Part shown: positions 45,071-53,822 of the stretch, piece after piece
Position numbering within the stretch: the first letter of the stretch is position 1
How the letters are laid out: every line of letters starts with the position of its first letter
Assembly (NCBI GenBank): GCA_043798985.1
Contig: JAZDOE010000008.1
Coordinates: 2,332 to 66,331, forward strand
Source: Candidatus Falkowbacteria bacterium
GTDB taxonomy: Bacteria > Patescibacteriota > Patescibacteriia > UBA11705 > JACRDX01
Reading direction: 5' to 3'
DNA length: 64,000 nt
Made by a program: the position numbers and the translations under genes
Notes under the pieces: generated by a model
Told to the model about the DNA's origin: nothing
Database searches by the model: none
Seen by the model: only the letters and a program-made list of their open reading frames with translations

Positions 45071-45997
45071 TTAAATTTTATTTTTCCTTCTCGCCGCTTT
45101 GCGAACAGCATATTGAATAATCTCACCGGCAATATCGCGGCCGGTCGCTTTTGTTATTCCCTCCAACCCGGGATTGGAATTTACTTCCAAAACTTTTGGA
45201 CCACTTTTTGTCCGTATTAAATCTACACCTGCAATGTCCAAGCCACAAGCCTCAATCGCCGCGAACGCCACATCTTTTTCTTTGCGCGTCATTGTCGCCA
45301 CGCGGATTCTACCACCAAGATGGAAATTTGATCTAAACTCGCCGCGCTTGCTCGCGATTCTCTCCATTGCCCCGACAATCCGTTTTCCGACAATAAACAC
45401 GCGCACATCTTTACCTTTTGATTCTTTAACATATTCCTGCACCATGATTGGTTCAGCTTCGTTGCTGCGCACAATCATGTCAATAATAGACCGCAACCCT
45501 CGTTTGCTTTCAACAATTGAGACTCCACTGCCATGCGATCCAATCATTGATTTTATAATAACCGGAAATGGGCCAATGTCCGCAATAATATCCTCAATGT
45601 TTTGCGACTGGCTTACCATGTAAGTCTTGGGAATCGGAATATTTTTCTGGCTCAAAATCTGCAATGTTTTCAGTTTGTTTTTCGCGCGCATCACGCCAAT
45701 GCTTTTGTTGACAATCAAAACGCCGACCAATTCAAACTGACGAATCAATGATCCATTAAAATCAACGTTCGCTGTCAAAAAATTAGCTCTGGTTATTAAA
45801 ACATCAACGTCTTTTAACTTTAAATTTTTAACAATCAATCCCGGTGTCCGCGACAATTTAATCTGGCAATCGCTCGCGTAAATTATATTAAAATTATGCC
45901 CGCGTTTTTCCGCCGCTTCACGTAAAAGCGTTAAATCCATGTCCGTGATAGAGCTTGATTTTTGCGGAGTTGAAAAAGTTAAAACAGCGATATTCAT
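45071..45997 (-). CDS. rimK: RimK-family ATP-grasp ligase (alpha-L-glutamate ligase-like).
   Basis: ATP-grasp motifs PVIIKSMIGSHGSGV, VQEY, GVDLIRTKSGPKVLEVNSNPG. Confidence 0.7.
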   Translation of the reverse strand: MNIAVLTFSTPQKSSSITDMDLTLLREAAEKRGHNFNIIYASDCQIKLSRTPGLIVKNLKLKDVDVLITRANFLTANVDFNGSLIRQFELVGVLIVNKSIGVMRAKNKLKTLQILSQKNIPIPKTYMVSQSQNIEDIIADIGPFPVIIKSMIGSHGSGVSIVESKRGLRSIIDMIVRSNEAEPIMVQEYVKESKGKDVRVFIVGKRIVGAMERIASKRGEFRSNFHLGGRIRVATMTRKEKDVAFAAIEACGLDIAGVDLIRTKSGPKVLEVNSNPGLEGITKATGRDIAGEIIQYAVRKAARRKNKI

Positions 45998-46145
45998 ATT
46001 AAATACTAAACCAATATAGCACGAAAAAACCCTAAATCCAACCCTCCTATTGACTTTTTAATTCAGATGGTATACAATGTATCCAGTTTGTAAGTTATCT
46101 CAAAAAGAGAGTGGGTCGTCTTACAAGGTTATTAACACAATTACT

Positions 46146-46424
46146 ATGGCAAAAAAACTATACGTTGGTGGACTTCCATACACTACCAATGAGGAACGTT
46201 TGAAAGAATTTTTCTCACAGGCAGGTACAGTCGCATCAACAGCGGTCATCATGGACAAAATGACAGGCCGATCAAGAGGTTTTGGTTTCGTTGAAATGGC
46301 TACTGACGAAGAAGCGTTGAACGCTGTAAAGATGTTCAATGGCGCTGAAATGGACGGTAGAAAAATCATCGTGAATGAGGCAAGAGAAATGGAAGAAAGA
46401 AAACCAAGAACAAACAATTGGTAA
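46146..46424 (+). CDS. RNA-binding protein with a single RRM (RNP-1/RNP-2).
   Basis: KLYVGGLPY (RNP-2) and RGFGFVEM (RNP-1). Confidence 0.8.
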   Translation: MAKKLYVGGLPYTTNEERLKEFFSQAGTVASTAVIMDKMTGRSRGFGFVEMATDEEALNAVKMFNGAEMDGRKIIVNEAREMEERKPRTNNW

Positions 46425-46442
46425 AAATCCAATAAAAAATTT

Positions 46443-46471
46443 CCCCTGTCGAATGACGGGGGAGTTTTTTT
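46443..46471 (+). terminator. Rho-independent terminator after the RRM gene.
   Basis: Hairpin CCCCTGTCGAATGACGGGGG followed by TTTTTTT. Confidence 0.7.
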
Positions 46472-46488
46472 ATTTCAAAGGTAGAAAA

Positions 46489-46562
46489 TCGGGGTGACCC
46501 GACTTGAACGGGCGACCTCACGCACCCGAAGCGCGCGCTCTAGCCAACTGAGCTACACCCCG
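46489..46562 (-). tRNA. tRNA-Pro (anticodon CGG).
   Basis: Reverse complement CGGGGTGTAGCTCAGTTGGCTAGAGCGCGCGCTTCGGGTGCGTGAGGTCGCCCGTTCAAGTCGGGTCACCCCGA. Confidence 0.75.
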
Positions 46563-46595
46563 AGTTTCTACCCCACGAAAAAATGAGTACCTTTA

Positions 46596-46672
46596 CCCCG
46601 CCATCGGCGGGGCGAAGCGTGCGCGCTACCAACCCCAACGGGGCCCCTTCGGGGCCGCGCTAATCCCCGAAA
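46596..46672. repeat. Degenerate third copy of the tRNA-linked GC-rich element, upstream of tRNA-Pro(CGG).
   Basis: On the minus strand: CGGGGATTAGCGCGG (a degenerate tRNA-Pro 5' fragment) followed by CCCCGAAGGGGCCCCGTTGGGGTTGGTA. Compare GGTCGCATAGCTCAGC + CCCGAAGGGGCCCCCTTGGGGCTGGTTA at the tRNA-Val locus. Confidence 0.4.
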
Positions 46673-46885
46673 AAAAACTCCCCGCTGACGTCGTTCCGGC
46701 TTTGCGCCAAATGGTCGCGAATCCGCGACGCTGGTGGCCGCTCGCTAAGTCCAAAAACCCAACGAATGTAGCCTCCTATGTTGAACGATGACCCAGAATT
46801 TGCCAGCAAGGAGCTATTTTTATTATACCAAACAATCCACAAAAATAAAAAAATGCCCTTGCTAATTTTTAGCAAGAGCTGCTCT

Positions 46886-47671
46886 CTATTTCTCCGGCAC
46901 CTTTTCTCCATACACACCATTAACCGGGTGCATAGAATCAAAGCGCATCAACAGCATGCCATGCGTACTGCGCCCAAAGTCAAACCGTTCATTCCCTCCG
47001 CCAACTTTGTCGAAGCAGAGAGCGTTCCCTTGGTCAAAAAACGTCATGCCCCGCGCAAGGGAAAATCCGACCGCAGCATACACCAATGCCCGCGCAGTCG
47101 GAACAATCTCTCTTTCAACACTACCCGCTGGCAGTGTCGTCTTGCCAATCAACCGCCAGCAAGGCGCAGCCGCTTTGGCAGTAAACCCAAAGACAAATGG
47201 CTCTCGCTCAAACACGCTCGCCTGATCCACGTGATGAAACAACGATATGTTTGTTTCAAAAAGCTGCTTGATTGAGATGCCGAGATCAGCGACAAGCACA
47301 TGCGTGTGCTGGTATTTCAACAACTCTTCAAGCGAGTATGGGATCTTTTCCAACGCTGTGAAAACTTCGGGCGACGGCGCAGCTCCAAGAAAAATGATCG
47401 CCTCTTCCAACCCGAAAAAATGGCGCGCCATTGCCTGCCGCGCTGCCCAATGGCTGGCTGGTCTTTGTCGCGTCTCTGTCTTGCGAGTCGCAGGATCAGT
47501 CACCGGAATGTTTCCGTCCATGATGCGTTGCCGCAAAGCAATCTCATCCAGCGCTTCTTTAGCCGAATTAACAAACAACGCGCTCGGCTTTTCCATGACC
47601 ACCCCCCTTGTTTGCAATAGCCAATTCAAAGAACAACGCCCTATCTTAGCATTCAATTTTAAAATCGTCAA
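46886..47671 (-). CDS. Hypothetical protein in a GC-rich island; family not recognised.
   Basis: 261-aa ORF with a probable internal start MEKPSALF at 47596. GC content and codon usage differ from flanking genes. Confidence 0.35.
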   Translation of the reverse strand: MTILKLNAKIGRCSLNWLLQTRGVVMEKPSALFVNSAKEALDEIALRQRIMDGNIPVTDPATRKTETRQRPASHWAARQAMARHFFGLEEAIIFLGAAPSPEVFTALEKIPYSLEELLKYQHTHVLVADLGISIKQLFETNISLFHHVDQASVFEREPFVFGFTAKAAAPCWRLIGKTTLPAGSVEREIVPTARALVYAAVGFSLARGMTFFDQGNALCFDKVGGGNERFDFGRSTHGMLLMRFDSMHPVNGVYGEKVPEK

Positions 47672-48265
47672 CTATTCCAAAATTCCGTCCAAGTTGACAT
47701 CGTACAAAATCTGCTCCTGAACCAACCGATAATTTATAACCTCCTCTTTTGTAAACCAATGCGCAATTTCCATATTTGCCTCTTCAACCGAACCAGACGC
47801 GTGAATTAAATTGCGAACAGACCGACCATCTTTGTCTGACAATTGATAAGAATCCAAAACAAAGTCTCCGCGAATCGTGCCAACATCAGACGTTAATGGC
47901 TCTGTGCCGCCGACCAATTTGCGGACGATCTCAACCGCGTGCGCGCCGTTCCATATCATCGCGATAACTGGCCCGCTGGTCATGTAGCTTTTCAAAAAAG
48001 ACAAAGTCCGCGCCGCTGCTTCCAGCGGATTATTTGTCGGCGGCGTCAAACCTTTATCCAAATAACCTTTTATTGTTTTTTCACCATTGCGCTTTCGCCA
48101 AGTTGGATCAAGCGTATAATGTTTTTCAATAAATTCCGGCGATGACACTAACATTTTCATTGCGCAAAGTTTTAATCCCGCGCGTTCAAATCTTTTAATA
48201 ATTTCGCCAATCAATGTTCTCTGCACTGCGTCTGGCTTGATTACCACCAATGTTTTTTCAATCAT
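47672..48265 (-). CDS. ndk: Nucleoside diphosphate kinase carrying an internal insertion.
   Basis: MIEKTLVVIKPDAVQR...NLIHASGSVEEANMEIAHWF with the active-site His. An extra segment of about 50 aa lies mid-protein. Confidence 0.75.
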   Translation of the reverse strand: MIEKTLVVIKPDAVQRTLIGEIIKRFERAGLKLCAMKMLVSSPEFIEKHYTLDPTWRKRNGEKTIKGYLDKGLTPPTNNPLEAAARTLSFLKSYMTSGPVIAMIWNGAHAVEIVRKLVGGTEPLTSDVGTIRGDFVLDSYQLSDKDGRSVRNLIHASGSVEEANMEIAHWFTKEEVINYRLVQEQILYDVNLDGILE

Positions 48266-48290
48266 ACTTTTTAAAAACCCCAAACTCGAA

Positions 48291-48410
48291 ACACTAAATC
48301 CGAAACAAGCACGAAATTCGAATTTTCCAATGTTTGAAATATTCTGATTTCGTATTTTAAATTTGTTTAGGATTTCGGATTTCGTATTTATTTATTAATC
48401 CAAGTTTAAC
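48291..48410. repeat. Intergenic AT-rich repeat unit R1 (CGAAAC ... AAACAAGCACGAAATTCGAAT ... GATTTCGTATTT).
   Basis: Homologous to 51283..51400. The arms are inverted: CGAAACA... versus ...TGTTTCG-type. Confidence 0.55.
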
Positions 48411-48417
48411 AAATTTT

Positions 48418-49425
48418 TTAATAACTATCAATCATCACGTTTGCCCCATCGGAGGTTGCGACAACGCTACCATCCAAATCGGTTCTAAAAATTTCAATAC
48501 CCAAGCGCTCCAACCTGCTTACAATTTTCGGATGAGGAAAACCAAAATCATTATTTTTCGCGCAAAAAATTACCGCGTATGTTGGCGCAACAGCTTTCAA
48601 AAATTCCTGCGAACTCGCGGTTTTACTTCCATGATGCCCCAGTTTAATGACATCTGATTGCAGTTGTTGTCCACTGTTCAACAAGGCGGCTTCAACTTTT
48701 TCTCCGGCATCGCCCATAAACAAAAATTTGGTATTTCCAAAAATCAATTGACTGACAATTGAACTGTCATTCAAATCTTCAACTTTTTGTCCGACCAAAT
48801 TTGGCGCCGGCGACAAAATTTTAAATTTCGCCGCACCGGCCAGTTCAATGCCTCTGCCGGCGCCAACTATTATCAATGGAATTTTTTGTTGTTTTATCAA
48901 ATTCAAAAATTCTAAATAAACGCTGGATGTATGCAAAACGCCAGTGTAATAAATTTTATCAACTTTATATCGTTTCAAAACCTCAATAAACCCTGCCACA
49001 TGGTCGGCGTGCGGATGCGTCAAAATCGCCACATCAATTTCATTGTCAAAAAACGGCATTGCCTTGCCCAATTGTTCAATCACTTTCGCGTCAGGACCAG
49101 CGTCAATCAAAATGTCCTGCTTTTCCGGCGTGCGAATATAAATGCTATCGCCTTGTCCAACATCTAAAAAACGCACGCTCAACAAACTGGAATCGGTTTT
49201 CTGCGCCAAACTCGCGCCAAAATCTTTATAATAATCGCTAAAAACAATACCAACCAATATAATGGCCAGCAATGGAAAAAATAATCTTATAATTTTATTC
49301 TTGACCATCGCAAATAAATACGCTATTATATTAATGACCTCTGTTTGTCGCCGTGTTGGCGCCTTGCACGCTGGCATGGCAATCGCTTCCTTCCTGTTTT
49401 GCGTCCCCCGTCCTGATGTCGACAC
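48418..49425 (-). CDS. Metallo-beta-lactamase-fold protein corresponding to the ComEC C-terminal domain. ComEC is split here.
   Basis: VGQGDSIYIRT...ILTHPHADHVAGFIEVL. N-terminal TM helix; probable internal start. Confidence 0.65.
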   Translation of the reverse strand: MSTSGRGTQNRKEAIAMPACKAPTRRQTEVINIIAYLFAMVKNKIIRLFFPLLAIILVGIVFSDYYKDFGASLAQKTDSSLLSVRFLDVGQGDSIYIRTPEKQDILIDAGPDAKVIEQLGKAMPFFDNEIDVAILTHPHADHVAGFIEVLKRYKVDKIYYTGVLHTSSVYLEFLNLIKQQKIPLIIVGAGRGIELAGAAKFKILSPAPNLVGQKVEDLNDSSIVSQLIFGNTKFLFMGDAGEKVEAALLNSGQQLQSDVIKLGHHGSKTASSQEFLKAVAPTYAVIFCAKNNDFGFPHPKIVSRLERLGIEIFRTDLDGSVVATSDGANVMIDSY

Positions 49426-49450
49426 ATCGGGACGGGCCTTTTTTTATTTT

Positions 49451-50830
49451 TTACAACTGCAAAATTGACCATGAAAACGACGCATAAACACGCGCCACGC
49501 GAATTACATAATCAAGCAAAATAAAAGTTCCAACACCAACAATCTTCGCGGCTGGCAACCAAATGAACGCGAGAATCAGTTGAATAAAACCAACCAACAT
49601 GATCAGCGGAATCGTTGGCAAAACCAAAAAATTTACTGCCAAAGCCACAACTGAAAATCTGTGAAAATAATAAATCGTCACTGGCAATGTCATTACAATC
49701 GCTGAAAAACTGCTGCAAACATTCTCGCGCGTGCCCGCAAATTCAGGCACCAATGAAAAATATTTCTGAATTTTTGGAGACAAATAAATCAGTCCGATTG
49801 TTGATAAAAACGAAAGCTGAAATCCAACGTCACGCCAAACATTTGGTTCAATCAGCAACATTATAACAAGCGCGATTGTCAAAATGTTTTTAATTTTCGC
49901 AATTTGACCAAGCTGTTTTGCCAATAAAACAATGACTCCCATTATTCCGGCGCGCACCACTGACGCGGGCGCGCCGGCCAATATTACAAAGCAACAAATT
50001 CCCGCGACCGCGAACCAAAACGCTTGCTGTCTCCGCATTAGACAAAAAATCAGCAAGTTCATTGTCATGGCGCTAACAATTGTAATATTGTATCCGGACA
50101 TTGCGATTATATGCGAAATTCCGGCGCGCCGGAAATCTTCTGCCAAATTCCGCGGAATTCCGTCAGCCGCACCAACTAAAATTCCGGCAAGCAATGATGC
50201 GTGCGGTTCCCGCAACGTTAAATTAAGTTTATTGATAAACACTTTTTTCGCTTTGAACAATCCACTTTTAATAACATTGCCTTGCCCGCGAGCAATCAAT
50301 CGTATTGTTGGAAAATTACAACTCACAACAACATTGTCATTCAGATATTGATCGGACATTAATAATTCTACTTGTCTACAATCAACAAATAGTTGATCGC
50401 CGTATTCAAAATTTGGCTGCGCTTTTAATGTCAGCAAAATTTTGCCGCTTGCCACTTCCGTCATTGCGACACCGCCAGCGGCGGGGGAAGCAATCTCGCT
50501 GACATTAACAACCAGCTTCTGCGAACCATTGGAAACAATCGGCTCATCCAAAACTACGCCAACAAAAGAAACTGGTTGGTCAACGTAAAATGAAATATCA
50601 GCCAACGATACAGACGGCGAACGAATCAAAACATAAAAAATGCCGAGAGAGAATATTAAAATAATAATTGCCAAATCAGCGCGATGTCGCGACATGACAA
50701 TAATCAACGCGACAATCAACCAACAAACAACAGCCAAGAAAAAATTTATTGACGCCAAGATAATTCCAATCGCAAACCCCGCGCTTGCCAAAAATATTTT
50801 GTCAGATTTTTTCATTTTTTGAACGTTCAT
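49451..50830 (-). CDS. comEC: ComEC/Rec2 competence-channel protein (DUF4131 plus Competence domains).
   Basis: Polytopic membrane protein containing DFRRAGISHIIAMSGYNITIV. Confidence 0.7.
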   Translation of the reverse strand: MNVQKMKKSDKIFLASAGFAIGIILASINFFLAVVCWLIVALIIVMSRHRADLAIIILIFSLGIFYVLIRSPSVSLADISFYVDQPVSFVGVVLDEPIVSNGSQKLVVNVSEIASPAAGGVAMTEVASGKILLTLKAQPNFEYGDQLFVDCRQVELLMSDQYLNDNVVVSCNFPTIRLIARGQGNVIKSGLFKAKKVFINKLNLTLREPHASLLAGILVGAADGIPRNLAEDFRRAGISHIIAMSGYNITIVSAMTMNLLIFCLMRRQQAFWFAVAGICCFVILAGAPASVVRAGIMGVIVLLAKQLGQIAKIKNILTIALVIMLLIEPNVWRDVGFQLSFLSTIGLIYLSPKIQKYFSLVPEFAGTRENVCSSFSAIVMTLPVTIYYFHRFSVVALAVNFLVLPTIPLIMLVGFIQLILAFIWLPAAKIVGVGTFILLDYVIRVARVYASFSWSILQL

Positions 50831-50897
50831 AACGATTTAATAAATTGGGCGGACTCGACGTTGTCGAGTCCGCCTTGCAACATCGTTGCGCGCAACA

Positions 50898-51140
50898 TTA
50901 CCACTGCCTGCAATTCCTTGCCTTTGCAAAACCAGCAAGCTGGGCTTCGTCTTCTGTCATGAAGTATTGCTCACCGCTGTCAGAATCAACCGCGGTCAAT
51001 TTGTACGACGAGCATGTTGGCAAATGGTAAATCTTTTTTCCATCGCGTGAAACATTGCCCTTGATTGGCAAATACTGCCCTGTTGACACGCATCCAACGA
51101 CAACACACAAAACCATCAGCGCCAGCCACACCCTCTTCAT
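50898..51140 (-). CDS. Small putative lipoprotein with a conserved YHxPxC...C motif.
   Basis: MKRVWLALMVLCVVVGC signal and lipobox, then KIYHLPTCSSY...DEAQLAGFAKARNC. Confidence 0.4.
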   Translation of the reverse strand: MKRVWLALMVLCVVVGCVSTGQYLPIKGNVSRDGKKIYHLPTCSSYKLTAVDSDSGEQYFMTEDEAQLAGFAKARNCRQW

Positions 51141-51282
51141 GACAAAACCCCCATTGGGAAAGGTCAAAATCCAAAGCTCAAAATCCAGAAGACGTTGAGC
51201 AAGGATTCATATTGCCATCATAAAAAATCCTGCGCGAAAACAAAAAAAGAGGGCTGTTGATAATCAATACCCTCAATAAAAA

Positions 51283-51400
51283 ATTCGAAGCACGAAACAC
51301 GAAACCCTAAACAAGCACGAAGCACGAAATTCCAATGTTTCAATATTGGAACATTCTAATTTCTAATTTGTTTCGTATTTCGATATTCGGATTTCGAATT
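51283..51400. repeat. Intergenic AT-rich repeat unit R2.
   Basis: Shares AAACAAGCACGAAG...CGAAATTCCAATGTTTCAATATT...TTTCGTATTTCGATATTCGGATTTCGAATTT with R1. Confidence 0.55.
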
Positions 51401-52465
51401 TTAAAATATTTTCTGTAAGAACCTATATATTCCCAATTGAACCGGTTGGTAAATTTTTTCATAAGTCCCGACATATTCAACAATTTCCGCAGTCGGCGAA
51501 AATCCCATTTTGAACTTCGTGAATCCCGCCCAGTTTTCCAGTCTTCCGGTTGCATCTTGCGGCGCGACACCCCAAAAATCATAAAACCAAAATCCGTCAC
51601 GTTTCGCGTCTTTTATTGCCTGCCATTGCAACAAATATGGAGCCATGGCATTGCGAAAATCATGGTCAGACGCGCCAAATAAATATGTTGCCGTGTTATC
51701 CCAAAAAATCACAATATTTGCCGCGATAATTTTTCCTTCCAACTTTGCAACATACAATTTGACAAATGGAACTTTCAGAAGTTCCTTAAAATAATCTTGT
51801 CCGTAAAATTTTATTTTCTGTCGCGCTTCTGTTTTTTTCTCAAGTTCGTAAAATTCTTTAAACATTAAATTGTCCACCACAATTTCAACCCCGCGTTTTT
51901 TTGCCACGCCAATGTTGTATCTGGTTTTTTCGTGCATTTGTTTTAACAAATTTTCTTCGTCCCCGCGCAAATCCAACATTAACGTATGTCTCGGTAAAAT
52001 ATCTTTTTCGCATTTTACAAACCCCATTTCATCAAAAATCCCACACCAACTCTTATCTTCTGAAAACGGGTCAATCTGAAACGCCATCGCCCCTTCCTGC
52101 TTCGCAATCTTATCTATTTCCTGCATGATCATTTTTGTGATTTCGGATTTAGAATTTGTTTCGGATTTCGGATTTCGAATTTCGGACTTTATAACTGGAC
52201 CTCGTGGAGAGTAAAGAATGCTTCGTCCCAATTTCGCTTTTGATTCAAACAAAAACACGACAGCGCACCATTCTTTATCACTTTGAGCGCTGTCGCCCTG
52301 AGCTTGTCGAGGGGTCACCTCAACAATCAATCTCCAAATTTTTTCATTTTGCGTATTCAAAAAATCACCCCATTCCCATGATTGAGTAAATCCGCCGGTA
52401 TCATTTTCTTTCACAAAATCATTCCAGCGCTCTTTATCCTCAATTGTTGCGTAGCTAATCGTCAT
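51401..52465 (-). CDS. FemAB-family protein (peptidoglycan interpeptide-bridge aminoacyltransferase-like). It carries two in-frame repeat insertions.
   Basis: FemAB-type sequence SWEWGDFLNTQ...ILYSPRGP... The inserted segments encode KSEIRNPKSETNSKSEITK (the atttcgg repeat, 52141..52200) and PRQAQGDSAQ (family A, 52292..52318). Confidence 0.55.
   Translation of the reverse strand: MTISYATIEDKERWNDFVKENDTGGFTQSWEWGDFLNTQNEKIWRLIVEVTPRQAQGDSAQSDKEWCAVVFLFESKAKLGRSILYSPRGPVIKSEIRNPKSETNSKSEITKMIMQEIDKIAKQEGAMAFQIDPFSEDKSWCGIFDEMGFVKCEKDILPRHTLMLDLRGDEENLLKQMHEKTRYNIGVAKKRGVEIVVDNLMFKEFYELEKKTEARQKIKFYGQDYFKELLKVPFVKLYVAKLEGKIIAANIVIFWDNTATYLFGASDHDFRNAMAPYLLQWQAIKDAKRDGFWFYDFWGVAPQDATGRLENWAGFTKFKMGFSPTAEIVEYVGTYEKIYQPVQLGIYRFLQKIF
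52292..52318. repeat. Family A palindromic element, copy A2 (variant GTCGCCCTGAGCTTGTCGAGGGGTCAC), inside the FemAB-like CDS.
   Basis: Same architecture as 17704..17730, with compensatory stem changes. Confidence 0.5.
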
Positions 52466-52588
52466 ATACAAAAATAATACACCGCAACCAATATTTTTTC
52501 AATCTTTTTCAAAAATTAAAATAGGGGCAACTGTTTCAGTTGCCCCTGACCAAGAGACCTAGAATCCGAGAGCCCTAGTGTCTAGACA

Positions 52589-53665
52589 CTACTTGCCCGC
52601 CTCTACCGAGGCGGGCGAGAGCGCGACCAACCCACCCGCGAAACTGCCACGAGCACCATCAAGACTCTGACTGCCATAGAAGTAAGCGTCATCACCATCG
52701 GCAAAGCAAAAGAGCGACCAGCCGCGCCACGCAAGCGCTGCCATGTCATAGCACGGCGTCTTGTTGTCCCGCAGCAGTTCTGCCGCGTACATACTCATTG
52801 CTGCCAGCGTATCCAATCCGCCTGCAAGCATGAACATTTCCGGCAAGGTTTCCATCTGCTCTCTGTCTGCATTGATGGAATATCCCTGCAGCGCGGTCGG
52901 GAAGTAAATCCCCACCACCGGCTCCTTACTTGCCGCTTCCAACACTCTCTCATGTCTGCTTCCCGCCCAGATTGTCACTTCTCCGGCAAGCTGCCCCGTG
53001 ATATTGTTGTGGAAGGGACGGTTGGGAAACGCCTTCGTGTATGCTCTTGCCACTGTTGGCACAAGCACCTTGTCCAGCTTTGCCCCGTAGTTTGCCGCCG
53101 TCACGCCAAGCCCTGCCGGAATGCAGAACGGGTACCATGCGCCTTTCAGCACATTCTTAACCGTTTCATCTGCTTCAATCTTCTGCACTAAAGCGTTGAT
53201 GCGCAGTGCGAACTCTTCGGCAGACACAAACTCCAACTTCTCGTCGACAAATGCTTCTTTCGCAAGCACCAATCTTTCGGCAAAGGACAACCGCTCTATC
53301 CGCGTCGGATAGTAACCGTAATTCGCGTCGCATACCGAGCTTCTCATTCCGGTCGGTGGGATTCTGCGGCCATTCTTGTCATAGACCAGCGTTGGCGTCG
53401 GCTCTATCACCATCTCGTTTGGCCCCATGAAAATCGCGTGCATTTCACCCGACAGCAAACAATCAACCACCGATTCCCCAAGCTTGTTCTCCAACAGCTC
53501 AAGATGCCCGAGCGTTCTCTGAGGATACTTGGCAGGATCTCCGGACCGCTTCATCTGCGTGAGCGTTGCCAGCACCGCATCTGCGCCACCGTGCAAAGCC
53601 ACGTAATCCACGATATCCGCGACCGTCAACTTCTTCCACCCGTCACAACTCATAGCATCCTCCAT
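52589..53665 (-). CDS. Conserved hypothetical protein, GC-rich, paralog 1 of a duplicated gene.
   Basis: 358 aa. The C-terminal 260 aa are about 85-90% identical to 54516..55466 (for example LEAASKEPVVGIYFPTALQGYSINADREQM, AAELLRDNKTPCYDMAALAWRGWSL). No family recognised. Confidence 0.5.
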   Translation of the reverse strand: MEDAMSCDGWKKLTVADIVDYVALHGGADAVLATLTQMKRSGDPAKYPQRTLGHLELLENKLGESVVDCLLSGEMHAIFMGPNEMVIEPTPTLVYDKNGRRIPPTGMRSSVCDANYGYYPTRIERLSFAERLVLAKEAFVDEKLEFVSAEEFALRINALVQKIEADETVKNVLKGAWYPFCIPAGLGVTAANYGAKLDKVLVPTVARAYTKAFPNRPFHNNITGQLAGEVTIWAGSRHERVLEAASKEPVVGIYFPTALQGYSINADREQMETLPEMFMLAGGLDTLAAMSMYAAELLRDNKTPCYDMAALAWRGWSLFCFADGDDAYFYGSQSLDGARGSFAGGLVALSPASVEAGK

Positions 53666-53822
53666 TGGGCTCTTTGCCCAGAAAAGAACTTACTCCTCCC
53701 CGGAGCAGGGTTTCGTGTTTCGCCACGTTAACAACGAAGCGAATTATCACGAACAACTTATATTACCATACAAAAAACAAAAAAGCAACTCGCCAAAGTT
53801 GCATCGTAAATTTACAACAAAA

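Noticed and set aside
44602-45120. Four overlapping ORFs (113-151 aa) in the track with internally repeated peptides (VVQWIPAASRQGRQAGGPATMPFGLWAGNTIYPL and similar).
   Set aside because: They lie on top of the tRNA genes and the 102-bp tandem DNA repeats. The repeated peptides are a direct consequence of the nucleotide repeat read in several frames, so they are not genes.
51340-51600. 86-aa ORF containing IEIRNKLEIRMFQY.
   Set aside because: It lies within the intergenic AT-rich repeat R2 and the 3' end of the FemAB-like gene; the repeat-derived translation is not credible as a gene.
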